From: an uncultured virus (IMG/VR IMGVR_UViG_3300033120_000711)
Taxonomy: Duplodnaviria; Heunggongvirae; Uroviricota; Caudoviricetes
IMG/VR virus record: IMGVR_UViG_3300033120_000711
Reading direction: 5' to 3' (one strand)
DNA: 64,000 nt
The position numbers and the translations under genes are program-made. Position 1 is the stretch's first letter; each line of letters begins with the position of its first letter. This document shows positions 9,343 through 18,799 of the stretch, one piece after another. The notes under the pieces were generated by a model. That model ran no database searches and was not told the DNA's origin. It saw only the letters and a list, made by a program, of their open reading frames with translations.

Positions 9343-10164
9343 ATGATTTCTCCATTTGAACAGACGTTATTTAAAAGACCTTCTACTAAGCGGGCGGTAA
9401 GTAGAGGTCCCACTAAAACTGCCATTTGCATTGGAATAAATAAATATCCCTCTGGATATGCATCTTTAACGAAATGTGTAGATGATGCAAAAGCGTGGCA
9501 ATCTTTATTAACGTCTCAGGGGTTTACATGTATAATGCTTTTGGATAAGTCAGCAACGAAAGCAAATATTTTATCCACGATTTCTTCTATTATATCGAGG
9601 AATCGGGAATCCGGTTCATTAATTGTTATTACTGATTCTTCTCATGGATCTCAAGTGAGAGATATGTCTGGCGACGAAAGAGATGGTTGGGATGAGGTTA
9701 TATGTCCTTGTGATTGGCCTAATTATGTAAGCGACGATGATTTACGGGGAATTTTTCAAAATTTGGCTCCTGGAGTTATGCTTACTGTTTTTCTAGATTG
9801 TTGTCATTCGGGAACCGGAACAAGATCTATGGAGAAATTGCCAGAAGGAGTTCTTTCTATTCGTTCTTTACCTCCGCTATTTGAAGATAGAGTCAATAAA
9901 AAAGTAAATACAAAGATTAAAGGTTTTGTTGAAACTCCTACATTAAATCACGTCCTTTTTGCAGGATGCAAAGATTCAGAGGTTTCTTATGAATTAAATG
10001 TTGGTGGAGCGTTTACTTATTTTGCCATTAAAGCTGTAAAACTTGGATATAATAGACAACAAATGATTGATTATATACAGAAGAAAATTTCTGGATTAGG
10101 CTTATCTCAAACACCTCAACTTGAGTGTACTAGAGAAGAAAGTTTACATCTTCCGTTCTTGTGA
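9343..10164 (+). CDS. Caspase-family (peptidase C14, metacaspase-like) protease
   Basis: AICIGINKY...L..CVDDA, SSHGSQ (catalytic His), DE.DG.DE.I.P.D, DCCHSG (catalytic Cys), GAFT, Q.PQL. Confidence 0.9.
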   Translation: MISPFEQTLFKRPSTKRAVSRGPTKTAICIGINKYPSGYASLTKCVDDAKAWQSLLTSQGFTCIMLLDKSATKANILSTISSIISRNRESGSLIVITDSSHGSQVRDMSGDERDGWDEVICPCDWPNYVSDDDLRGIFQNLAPGVMLTVFLDCCHSGTGTRSMEKLPEGVLSIRSLPPLFEDRVNKKVNTKIKGFVETPTLNHVLFAGCKDSEVSYELNVGGAFTYFAIKAVKLGYNRQQMIDYIQKKISGLGLSQTPQLECTREESLHLPFL

Positions 10165-10173
10165 GGTTGTTTT

Positions 10174-10560
10174 ATGGATGATGAATTTATTTATGCTGAG
10201 TTGAGAAATATTTCGTCTAAATTAAGTAGTACGGAATCTCTTGTAACTGAGTTAAAGGAGGATATGGGAAGAATATGTGAATGGAAAGACAACGTTCTTC
10301 CAACTCTTCAGACCTGTAAAGATTATATGGAAAAGAGGGCGGATCTTCCTGATAAAATATCAAATCAAGAAAAAGAGATTGAAAAAATAAGAGAGGAACT
10401 AAAAGTAGAAAAAGAAACCAATGCCGAGTCTAGAAAAAAAACTGAGTTTTTAATGGTTTGGTTTTGGAAAATATCTGGAGCCGTTTTATTACTTGGAATT
10501 ATAAATATACTTTTAGTAGCGTTAGGAAGATTTATTGATATTGAATATGTTTTAAAATAG
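10174..10560 (+). CDS. Coiled-coil protein with C-terminal TM helix (holin-like)
   Basis: Heptad-rich body plus hydrophobic WFWKISGAVLLLGIINILLVAL. Confidence 0.5.
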   Translation: MDDEFIYAELRNISSKLSSTESLVTELKEDMGRICEWKDNVLPTLQTCKDYMEKRADLPDKISNQEKEIEKIREELKVEKETNAESRKKTEFLMVWFWKISGAVLLLGIINILLVALGRFIDIEYVLK

Positions 10561-10565
10561 GTGAG

Positions 10566-10931
10566 ATGATGGATATTTACTCAATAATTATTTTTGGATT
10601 GTCTTCAATTGCGTTAATTCTTGTCATTTGGGCTTTTTTGACAGGTAGAAAACTTTATAATGTTCATTTCGTTAGAATACTTATTATATTTTGTTTATTT
10701 TCTCCTGTTTTTGCTCAAGAAGAAGAGGAAGACATTACTGTTATAGGAGATAAACCTATTATTTCTTCAGATGGAATTATTGAGGGAACAGAAATATTAA
10801 ATAATGAAGCTAGGATAGTAGTTGATTATCTTTTTGAAGATGATATGTGGAGACAGTCTGCATATATGTTTTTATATGGATCGAATAACACCACTGTTAA
10901 ATTACATGGTCCAAAAGAAATAATTATTTAA
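10566..10931 (+). CDS. Membrane protein (two hydrophobic segments)
   Basis: Two TM-like stretches; the second ends VFA-Q like a signal peptide. Confidence 0.55.
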   Translation: MMDIYSIIIFGLSSIALILVIWAFLTGRKLYNVHFVRILIIFCLFSPVFAQEEEEDITVIGDKPIISSDGIIEGTEILNNEARIVVDYLFEDDMWRQSAYMFLYGSNNTTVKLHGPKEIII

Positions 10932-10947
10932 TTCATAATTTTAAAAT
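10927..10947 (+). promoter_or_regulatory. Conserved late-gene motif, copy 3
   Basis: TTTAATTCATAATTTTAAAAT; ATG 10981 lies 34 nt from motif end. Confidence 0.75.
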
Positions 10948-10980
10948 ATCATTTCTTAATTACTTTATCTAATTAAATTA

Positions 10981-11568
10981 ATGATCGGCTCTGAAAGCTT
11001 TACTGTTTCTCGTCCTAATACTTATTTGGTTTCTTCTGGTCCTTGCGTAGACAAAGTTCCTACTGCACAACCACCAAGCAATGGATGTTATATTCGAGCC
11101 GAGGGAACTGGCGCTGTGGGAACCGTAGTAATTACTGGTACGGTTGGAGGAGTAACTACGGTTGAAACTATTTCTATTTTTGATTCAGAAAAAGTTGGAT
11201 TTGGAACTCTTAAGTTTACAGCAATATCGAAAGTTACTATTACAGGTTTTACTAATTTGATTTTATATCCTGCGTCAGAGTCTGGAGAACGAATAAAACT
11301 AAATTCTTATACAACTTTTAATATTATTGCAGATTGTTATGATAGATTTTTAAGTGAATTTTCTGGAAGATATAATGATTATGCTGGCCAAAAAGATAGG
11401 ACTTACAAGACTCTTATGTACGATGGTCGGTTTATTTTACAAAGAGACGATTTGGTTACTATTGATGGATTACAACTTACTATTGATGGATTACAACTTA
11501 CTGTTGTGGATATTAGCTCCCAACACGGTTTGTGGTCTGCTCTTTTAGTGTCTACGAGAGGTAAATAA
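10981..11568 (+). CDS. Putative head-closure/neck protein with inserted beta module
   Basis: C-terminal L...D.V.IDG...V..I head-closure-like pattern; directly upstream of the gp10-like gene. Confidence 0.45.
   Translation: MIGSESFTVSRPNTYLVSSGPCVDKVPTAQPPSNGCYIRAEGTGAVGTVVITGTVGGVTTVETISIFDSEKVGFGTLKFTAISKVTITGFTNLILYPASESGERIKLNSYTTFNIIADCYDRFLSEFSGRYNDYAGQKDRTYKTLMYDGRFILQRDDLVTIDGLQLTIDGLQLTVVDISSQHGLWSALLVSTRGK
11456..11502 (+). repeat. Exact 21-bp tandem duplication
   Basis: TTACTATTGATGGATTACAAC x2 plus TTACT, encoding TIDGLQL twice. Confidence 0.9.
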
Positions 11569-11569
11569 A

Positions 11570-11965
11570 ATGGGTAATGCTGCTCAAGTTGCCGCTGAAA
11601 TGGAAATGTTTGCTTTAAAGAAATGGGCTCAGACGGAATTATATGTTAGACAATTTTCGAATCAGGCGGAAGATCGCTCTAGATTACTCGCGCCAGGACC
11701 GGATACAGGAACGCTCGATCGAAGCATAAAATATAAGGAAAAATCTCTTGGAGTTTTTAATTTAGAAGTGACTTCAGAGATTGAACCGAATGAAAATCCT
11801 GATACTGGGTTTACTGCTGATGTTTATGGAAAGTACCTCAACGATGGTCACTTTAATGTATTTACTAGACAATCAGTTCCTCCGATACTGTTTATGGAGA
11901 CGGGGGCTGAAGAATGCTATGTTGAACTAATGAGTAAGTTGTCTGGCATTTGGGGAGGAATTTAA
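11570..11965 (+). CDS. HK97 gp10-like neck/tail completion protein
   Basis: AP..DTGTL.RSI...Y..YL..G...P..FM motif. Confidence 0.7.
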   Translation: MGNAAQVAAEMEMFALKKWAQTELYVRQFSNQAEDRSRLLAPGPDTGTLDRSIKYKEKSLGVFNLEVTSEIEPNENPDTGFTADVYGKYLNDGHFNVFTRQSVPPILFMETGAEECYVELMSKLSGIWGGI

Positions 11966-11969
11966 AGGA

Positions 11970-12392
11970 ATGGTTTTTCTTGAACCTATTCCCGCAATGG
12001 TAAAAAAAGCAAGACTTAACTCTACATTACTTGCTTTACTTCCTGCCTCTAAAATTCACGAAGGATTTATGCCTAACGCTCCAACTATCCCTGGAGTTTA
12101 TGTTCATGGTGGCAGATCCCCATTACGTCAAATTGTAAGTTCCGCAAATCAATCTAATCGCGTAATGACTGGTGACGCGAGATGGCAAGTGGATGCTTTG
12201 TCTTCGGAAAGTTCTAGCGATGCAAATAAACTGGCAAGAACGTGTTGTGAGGCTTTAATGCCGTCGATTCCAACAGCGGGTTTATTTGTAATTAATTATG
12301 AGGAAAGAGATACTAATTGGGATACTGGATATCTTTGTTATCGTAGTACTTTTAGAATAGAATGTCCATATAGAGAATGGATAACCGGGTAA
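11970..12392 (+). CDS. Tail terminator-like protein
   Basis: Size, position after the gp10-like gene, P.V...RWQVD pattern. Confidence 0.55.
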   Translation: MVFLEPIPAMVKKARLNSTLLALLPASKIHEGFMPNAPTIPGVYVHGGRSPLRQIVSSANQSNRVMTGDARWQVDALSSESSSDANKLARTCCEALMPSIPTAGLFVINYEERDTNWDTGYLCYRSTFRIECPYREWITG

Positions 12393-12398
12393 TTTATA

Positions 12399-12419
12399 TT
12401 TAATTCATATTTTTAAAAT
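12399..12419 (+). promoter_or_regulatory. Conserved late-gene motif, copy 4
   Basis: TTTAATTCATATTTTTAAAAT. Confidence 0.7.
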
Positions 12420-12465
12420 TAATCTTACCTCGTGTGGGAACTTTCTCATTATAATTGGTGGTAAC

Positions 12466-13365
12466 ATGAATAAAAAAGTTTCCGAAATGACTCTTGAAGA
12501 AGCGGAATTACAAAGAAAATATTTTAGAGAATGGTCAAGAAATAAGAAGCTGAAATTAACGGATGAAGAGTTAAAATTAATAAAGGAGAAAAAGAGGGAA
12601 TATGATAAACAGTATAGATTTAAAAATAATCAAAAAATAAAGAAAGATAAAAAGGAGTATTATGAAGAAAATAAAGAAACCTTATATAATAAGAAAAAAG
12701 AGTGGGTAAAAAAGAATCAAGAGACTGTGAGAAAAAAAAGGAAAGAACTATATTGGAAAGATCAAATGGAAAATATAAAAAAAACACAAAAGTATTATAT
12801 ACAGAATAGAAATGAGATTATTCAAAAGAGAAGGGAAATAAATTTTAATTTGAAGGAAGAAATGTTTAGCGTTATTGGAAATAAATGTTGTGAATGTGGA
12901 GAGACAAATAAACTTTTTCTTACATTGGATCATAAAAATGGTGGAGGGAGAAAAGAATGTAAAGAAAAAGGCGGTCTAATCGGAATTATAAAGTATCTTA
13001 AGGGATTAGGTTGGCCTGAAGGTTATATTGAAGAAAATTATCAAATTCTTTGTTATAATCATAATTGTGGTAAAAGGAGAAAATATTTAGTTGCTCCGCT
13101 AGAAAGTTTAAACTATAATCAGAAAAAAGCGAAAGAATTGTGGCAAGAAGCCTTTGATTTCTTCGGACCTTGTGAGAAATGTGGAATATCCGATTTGAGA
13201 TTTTTAACTATTGATCACAAAAATGGGAATGGGACAAAAGAAAGATTAGGCGGAGGAAATTTTGGGGTTGGATTAATCAAAGAATTTAAAAAGGCCGGTT
13301 GGCCTGAATCCTTAAAAGAGGATTACCGGCTTCTTTGTTATAATCATAATTGTTCAAAACATTAA
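12466..13365 (+). CDS. HNH-like homing endonuclease with two tandem HNH domains
   Basis: Lys/Glu-rich N-terminus; twice C..CG....FLT.DH.NG.G...L.CYNHNC. Confidence 0.75.
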   Translation: MNKKVSEMTLEEAELQRKYFREWSRNKKLKLTDEELKLIKEKKREYDKQYRFKNNQKIKKDKKEYYEENKETLYNKKKEWVKKNQETVRKKRKELYWKDQMENIKKTQKYYIQNRNEIIQKRREINFNLKEEMFSVIGNKCCECGETNKLFLTLDHKNGGGRKECKEKGGLIGIIKYLKGLGWPEGYIEENYQILCYNHNCGKRRKYLVAPLESLNYNQKKAKELWQEAFDFFGPCEKCGISDLRFLTIDHKNGNGTKERLGGGNFGVGLIKEFKKAGWPESLKEDYRLLCYNHNCSKH

Positions 13366-13371
13366 TTAATA

Positions 13372-13392
13372 TTTAATTCATTTTTTTAAAAT
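13372..13392 (+). promoter_or_regulatory. Conserved late-gene motif, copy 5
   Basis: TTTAATTCATTTTTTTAAAAT upstream of the tape measure gene. Confidence 0.75.
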
Positions 13393-13432
13393 CAGTATTT
13401 AAACCTTTTTTGTAAAATAAATACGATTTTCC

Positions 13433-16400
13433 ATGTCTGGTTCTTTTTATTATACGACTTTCTCGTTTAAAGCTACGGGGCTTTCTCAAATACTTTCTGA
13501 GTTCAAATCCGTTGCAGCTCAGATAGATGCTCAAGCAGCCAGCATAGGAAAATTAAATTTTACTGGCATGAATGCGGCTCTACCAGTTTTAAAAAATATA
13601 GATAATACACTCCTTTTAATGGCGGAACATGCCAATCTCCTTTCTTCTTCTGGAGCTAAACTTGGAAATGTCTTCACTCCAATGTCCGCAGGGGCCACTA
13701 AAGCTTCTACTGCTACTAAGTCCGTAGCAACTTCCATGACTCAGCTACAAGCTGTTTCGGGACAGGTTTCTTCTGCTACCACAAAAGCGACAAGTTCAAT
13801 GTCTGCTTTAGGTGCGGCAGGAAAAGCGGCACTTGGAGGGGTTATAAGTTCAGGAGAGCGAGCTATAGCCACAATGAGTGGTCTTTCTGCTGCTATGATG
13901 TCCGTTGGAAGATCTGCTGCACGTATGGGCACTTTAGCTGCTATTCCAATGGCCGGAATGAGGGGTCTAAGCGGAGCGGTTACGGGTTCTTTACTTGCTT
14001 CATCTGCGGCGATGTTGCTGAATCCATTTAACGCTGCTCCTTTAGCTGCTGGATACGGTGCCTACACTGGGATGAATATTGAAAAGTGGGCATCTGAAGC
14101 AGCAGCTAAATCTTGGAAGCCCGGAATGTCTAAAGCGGATTCAGACCTTATTAAACAATATGTTCAACAATTGGCTCGATCTCAAGTGGGCACCTCTGTT
14201 TATAGCCCTACGGACCTTTCTCAAGCGATTGCGGAATATGCTGGTATGGGAGGAAATGTAACTCCTGGCACAACAAATGCCCTTAATGAATCCATGCTTA
14301 AAGGGTTTTCTCAATATGCTCAAGCTATAAATGCTGAGAGTATTGGAAATGCTTTGAATACCCTTATTTCTCAAAGTTTAACTTGGAATGGTCTTGAGGG
14401 TGCCTTTACAGAAAAGAATCTTAAGTACACAGAAAATTTAATGGCATCTTTAGTTGCTACTACAAAAGCTAAAGATTCCGATCTCGCTCCATTATTAAAA
14501 GATGTTTCTTCTGTAGCTAAAACATATGGCAGGTCTCAAACTGAAACCTACGCAATGACTGCAAGCCTATATCAGCTTGGATTGCAACCTCAACAGGCTG
14601 GTATGGCATATAGAAGGATTTTACTTCGTGGTACGCCGAACGTTAATGATTTACAAAAACAAGAAGCATATGATTTAGGTATTACTAATGAGAAAGGTCA
14701 AATAATTGATCCTGAAACGGGAAAGGCTATTGGTCTTTCTAATGTTAATAAAGCATTAAATGAATTAGGTGTGACTTGGAAAGATATCAATCCCGAAACT
14801 TACGGCGAGATGGGGAGTTTAGGGGTTATTAATAAAATTACCGAAGAGTTTAAGAAGAAAGGTTATTCTGATTTAGATAAACAAGCATGGATTAAAACGG
14901 TTTATGGATTACAGGGTACAACTCCGTTTGCGATGTTAGAGCAAAATCCAGATCTTGCAAAAGAGTATTTTAAAATTTTTAGTGATTCTCAAAAAGGTCT
15001 TGGTGCATCTGCCGAAATGTCTGCAATTCAAGTAGACAATCTGGAAGGGTCATTAAAATTTTTAAAAACTTCCCTTCAAGGTACTGCGGCAGGAATTTCT
15101 GATTATGTTAATCCTTCTTTAAGAAAGTTTGCTGACTTTTTAAGAGAATCTGCGATTCCTCAGCTTAATAATCTTGGTTCCGCTCTTGCTTCTGGAGATT
15201 GGGAAGGGGTAGCCGATATTGTTGGCTCATCTCTTGATTTTCTTGGAGAAAAATTCCTTAATTCTGATGAAACTTTAACCTCTTGGATTAATAATGGAAT
15301 AGATGGATTAGACGAGTTTTCTCAAAGATTTCTTGATTTTACATCTGGCGGAGGGGTGGGAGATTTATTTAGTAATCTTGGTCAGTGGGCTCAAAATATT
15401 TGGGACGGGATAGACTGGAGTCAAGTAGGAGATATTACTTCTAATTTATCTACTGCTTTTAATGCTGCTTGGGACCAATCGGTAGAATGGTTGAGGACTT
15501 CTCTTGAAAATGTTGATTGGTCCGAATTAGGAACTCGTGCAGGAGAAGCTTTAGAGGGCGCCGGTCTTTGGATACTTAATAAAATAGGGGATTTACCTTG
15601 GTCAGAATTAACAACTGCCGCGACTAATGCTTTAACTGGAATTGTCCTAAATATTGATTGGGTATCTGCCGTTTCCACGATTATGAGAATTGGAGATGAT
15701 ATTGGAGCAGCACTTTATAATGGAGTAGCATCTTCAAACTTAGGAATTCTGTTTCAGAATTGGGCAATCGAGTTTCAAAATTCAATGGGCATGGCAATTG
15801 CTAGTATAGCAGGACATTTAGCTGCACTTATGGCTCAAGTGGGGTTTTCTGTAGCTACTATACAAGGTGCAGCGGATACTGTGATAGGAACGGGGGAAGG
15901 AATTGTAAAGAATTTAAAACAAACTAATTTTGAAGATATTTATAAGTGGGGCGTGTATGATCTTACTCATAGCACTAATACTCAAGGAGAATATACTGGA
16001 AAGGGAGACTTTTTATATCTTAATAATGGGACCTTAACTTTAAAGAATCCGTTTGAAACTGTTCCCGCTGGAAGTAACGCACAATCCTTAGTTTTAGCTG
16101 GAACGAAGAATCAACAAAAAGTGTCAGAAAAGTTTGGTGTTGATATAGACACTGCCAGAGCGATAGAACCATATGCAAATTTAAGGGCCGATAATAGTTT
16201 ATATGGTGTTACGTTTGGAATTAGCGGAAATACTTATGGTCCGATTGGAATGGATGAGGGTGTATCTGCATCGGAGGCATTAAATCAATTTAAACAAGAT
16301 CTTCCAGCTATAGAATGGATGCAAAATTCAATAATGAAAGCAAAAACTCCAACAAAAGCATATGTTGATGGGATATATACATGTGCTAATTTTGTTGATG

Positions 16401-18799
16401 ATACCATAAAAGAGATTCAGTTGGCAGAGGATTCTGATTTAGAAAACGCAATCAAGTCTGGTAATTCTAGGGAAGTTGAACAACAAAAGCTTGAACAGCA
16501 ATGGTCTCATCAACTTGGAATGGCAACTGTTCCATATTCATCGGATATGCGTCATGCACAGTTAGCTATGACCGCTTCTGGAGGTATGAGTGCTGAAGAC
16601 ATATCTTTGTTCGAAGTTACAAATGGAAATGATCTTGGTTATAAAGGTCAAGTTAGAAGTGTAAAAGATCTACCATATCCTAATCAGGATTTTGTAGATT
16701 TTTTAAAAGACTATTATATGGTCGGAACTCAACCAAAAGCTGGTAATAACCAGTCGTCGATTAAGGAGTTTATTACTAAAAAAACCGGGCTAGAATTTGG
16801 ATTACAGCCTGGACAAACTTTAGGTTCTGTTAGTGATGTTAAAATTGCAGGGGTAGGCGGCACAGAAGAGAAATCATATCCAGGAATAGAAAGAAGTCCT
16901 CGTGTAGGACAGGATGTGGTTGATGCAACATATAAAGCCGCAAGCGGTAACGCAGATTCTATTAAGATTTCAGATAAAGATCATTCTGAAAACCATAAAA
17001 AATCTTCATCTTCATCCTCATCTTCTAGCGAAACATCTTCTGATGAAACGTCTTCTGCGAGATCCCTTATAAATACTGAAAGTATTTTACAAGGATGGCT
17101 TAGTTATTGGAATGATCCCAAAAACAAATTTAAATATGAAGGTTCGGCCTTAGAGACATTTTTGAATAATCCAGAGAAGTCTTTAGGTAGTTCTATAAAC
17201 CCCTCAACAATAAAAAGTGTTCAAGTTACGGATGAACAAATATCCGCAATCAGTCAACAGACTTCTATTACAGATAAACAAACTTCCTCGATCAGTCAGC
17301 AAACTTCTGTTACAGATAAACAAACATCTGCTACCGGACAGCAAACCTCTGCTACGGATCAATTAACTTCTGCTACTTCTTCTTTAACTGGGGAATTTGC
17401 CGCCTTTGCGGATTTAATTAATTCTGGTGATTATGAAGGTATCTCTAAATTACTTAAAGAAAAATATGCTTATGATAACCCACTTACACCAAAGACGGAT
17501 GAGCGCGAGAACATATGGAGTGCAGAGACCTTAAAAAATATAGACACCTATACTGAGGATAAAAGCGATATAGATTCTGCTTTATTGTCATATATAAAAT
17601 TTTTGAAAGCAACCCAAGGCTTGTATCCTTCAAATAATGCAACAGAATCACTGGAAGAAACCGCTAAAAATACAAAGAAAATTGCTGGTTTTTCAGATCC
17701 TATGGCAGTATTTAAAACGATTACAGATGCATTTAGTGGTTCTGTTATAAGCAGCAATAATGGGGTTTCAGATGCCGTTCAAACTGGATTTGAAAAAACT
17801 TTAGATCAAGGAACAGCAAATCAGGCGTTACAGAAGAATTTATATTCAACTATTTGTGATATTGAAGGTTTTCTTACGCCTGAAAGCGTTTCTCCTCTTG
17901 GAACTTTTACTTCTCCTCAAGGTGGTAATCTTGTTCGCGTCGGAGATACCTGGATGACGAAAGAGGAATATGAAGCCACTATGGGAATTTCTCTTTCGGA
18001 ACAACAAATGAATGCTGCCGCAACTGTTGGCAAGGTTCCATTCTATGGAACAATTACACCAGAAGATATTCCTGGAATTTTAGCAGATTATGAAACTAGA
18101 TCTCCTTGGTCACAAGAAAATATTAAACAGGCTCTTAAAAAGTATCAGTCTATGTATGAGTATGATTTAGGTCTTCCTGATGAATGGGGCGTGGCATCTA
18201 AACCATATAATACGGTAATTGGAGGACAATCTAGAAAACCAGATATTGCTTCAGTATTACTTGGTTCTCTTGCTGATAACGATGTTATGGAAATACCTGT
18301 TGATCCAGTTGTTAATACAGAACCAATTGATAGTTTTAAGGCGGGTTTGGGAGAAGGAACCTCTTTTAAAGTAGACGTTTCTGCGCCAAATGCGAATGCT
18401 GTTTCTGGACAACTCCAAGGGCTTGGAGGTTGGACGACCTTTACGGTTTATATTGATACTGTGTCTAGAAATTATGCTAATAATTTAACGGGTGTTAACT
18501 ACGGAGATAAAATACCCGGTCTCCCTAATCTTTTAGGAACGCCAAATATGGACCTAGATGACATTCCCGCTTTTGCTGAAGGAGGGTATACTGGAGATTA
18601 TGAAGGTGGCGCGACCGTTCATCCCCATGAGCTTATTCTTAATGAAGCGCAGCAAAGAAATGTAGCTTCAGCAATGGGGTCTTCCGGTAAATCTGTTTCT
18701 ATTAATATCGATGCTCGTGGAGCTATAATAGCTGGTGATGGTATGGACGTGCTTGTTGAAAAAATTAAGAACGCTATGCAAGATGAGATGTATAGATGA
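13433..18799 (+). CDS. Tail tape measure protein
   Basis: 1788 aa; TMP core (AG.AYR..L.R; DNLEGS), Trp-spaced DW repeats, C-terminal PAFAEGG...H..E.IL. Confidence 0.9.
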   Translation: MSGSFYYTTFSFKATGLSQILSEFKSVAAQIDAQAASIGKLNFTGMNAALPVLKNIDNTLLLMAEHANLLSSSGAKLGNVFTPMSAGATKASTATKSVATSMTQLQAVSGQVSSATTKATSSMSALGAAGKAALGGVISSGERAIATMSGLSAAMMSVGRSAARMGTLAAIPMAGMRGLSGAVTGSLLASSAAMLLNPFNAAPLAAGYGAYTGMNIEKWASEAAAKSWKPGMSKADSDLIKQYVQQLARSQVGTSVYSPTDLSQAIAEYAGMGGNVTPGTTNALNESMLKGFSQYAQAINAESIGNALNTLISQSLTWNGLEGAFTEKNLKYTENLMASLVATTKAKDSDLAPLLKDVSSVAKTYGRSQTETYAMTASLYQLGLQPQQAGMAYRRILLRGTPNVNDLQKQEAYDLGITNEKGQIIDPETGKAIGLSNVNKALNELGVTWKDINPETYGEMGSLGVINKITEEFKKKGYSDLDKQAWIKTVYGLQGTTPFAMLEQNPDLAKEYFKIFSDSQKGLGASAEMSAIQVDNLEGSLKFLKTSLQGTAAGISDYVNPSLRKFADFLRESAIPQLNNLGSALASGDWEGVADIVGSSLDFLGEKFLNSDETLTSWINNGIDGLDEFSQRFLDFTSGGGVGDLFSNLGQWAQNIWDGIDWSQVGDITSNLSTAFNAAWDQSVEWLRTSLENVDWSELGTRAGEALEGAGLWILNKIGDLPWSELTTAATNALTGIVLNIDWVSAVSTIMRIGDDIGAALYNGVASSNLGILFQNWAIEFQNSMGMAIASIAGHLAALMAQVGFSVATIQGAADTVIGTGEGIVKNLKQTNFEDIYKWGVYDLTHSTNTQGEYTGKGDFLYLNNGTLTLKNPFETVPAGSNAQSLVLAGTKNQQKVSEKFGVDIDTARAIEPYANLRADNSLYGVTFGISGNTYGPIGMDEGVSASEALNQFKQDLPAIEWMQNSIMKAKTPTKAYVDGIYTCANFVDDTIKEIQLAEDSDLENAIKSGNSREVEQQKLEQQWSHQLGMATVPYSSDMRHAQLAMTASGGMSAEDISLFEVTNGNDLGYKGQVRSVKDLPYPNQDFVDFLKDYYMVGTQPKAGNNQSSIKEFITKKTGLEFGLQPGQTLGSVSDVKIAGVGGTEEKSYPGIERSPRVGQDVVDATYKAASGNADSIKISDKDHSENHKKSSSSSSSSSETSSDETSSARSLINTESILQGWLSYWNDPKNKFKYEGSALETFLNNPEKSLGSSINPSTIKSVQVTDEQISAISQQTSITDKQTSSISQQTSVTDKQTSATGQQTSATDQLTSATSSLTGEFAAFADLINSGDYEGISKLLKEKYAYDNPLTPKTDERENIWSAETLKNIDTYTEDKSDIDSALLSYIKFLKATQGLYPSNNATESLEETAKNTKKIAGFSDPMAVFKTITDAFSGSVISSNNGVSDAVQTGFEKTLDQGTANQALQKNLYSTICDIEGFLTPESVSPLGTFTSPQGGNLVRVGDTWMTKEEYEATMGISLSEQQMNAAATVGKVPFYGTITPEDIPGILADYETRSPWSQENIKQALKKYQSMYEYDLGLPDEWGVASKPYNTVIGGQSRKPDIASVLLGSLADNDVMEIPVDPVVNTEPIDSFKAGLGEGTSFKVDVSAPNANAVSGQLQGLGGWTTFTVYIDTVSRNYANNLTGVNYGDKIPGLPNLLGTPNMDLDDIPAFAEGGYTGDYEGGATVHPHELILNEAQQRNVASAMGSSGKSVSINIDARGAIIAGDGMDVLVEKIKNAMQDEMYR

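Noticed and set aside
11456..11502. 21-bp tandem duplication as a functional element
   Set aside because: Only two copies, in frame; most simply a recent slippage or an assembly artefact.
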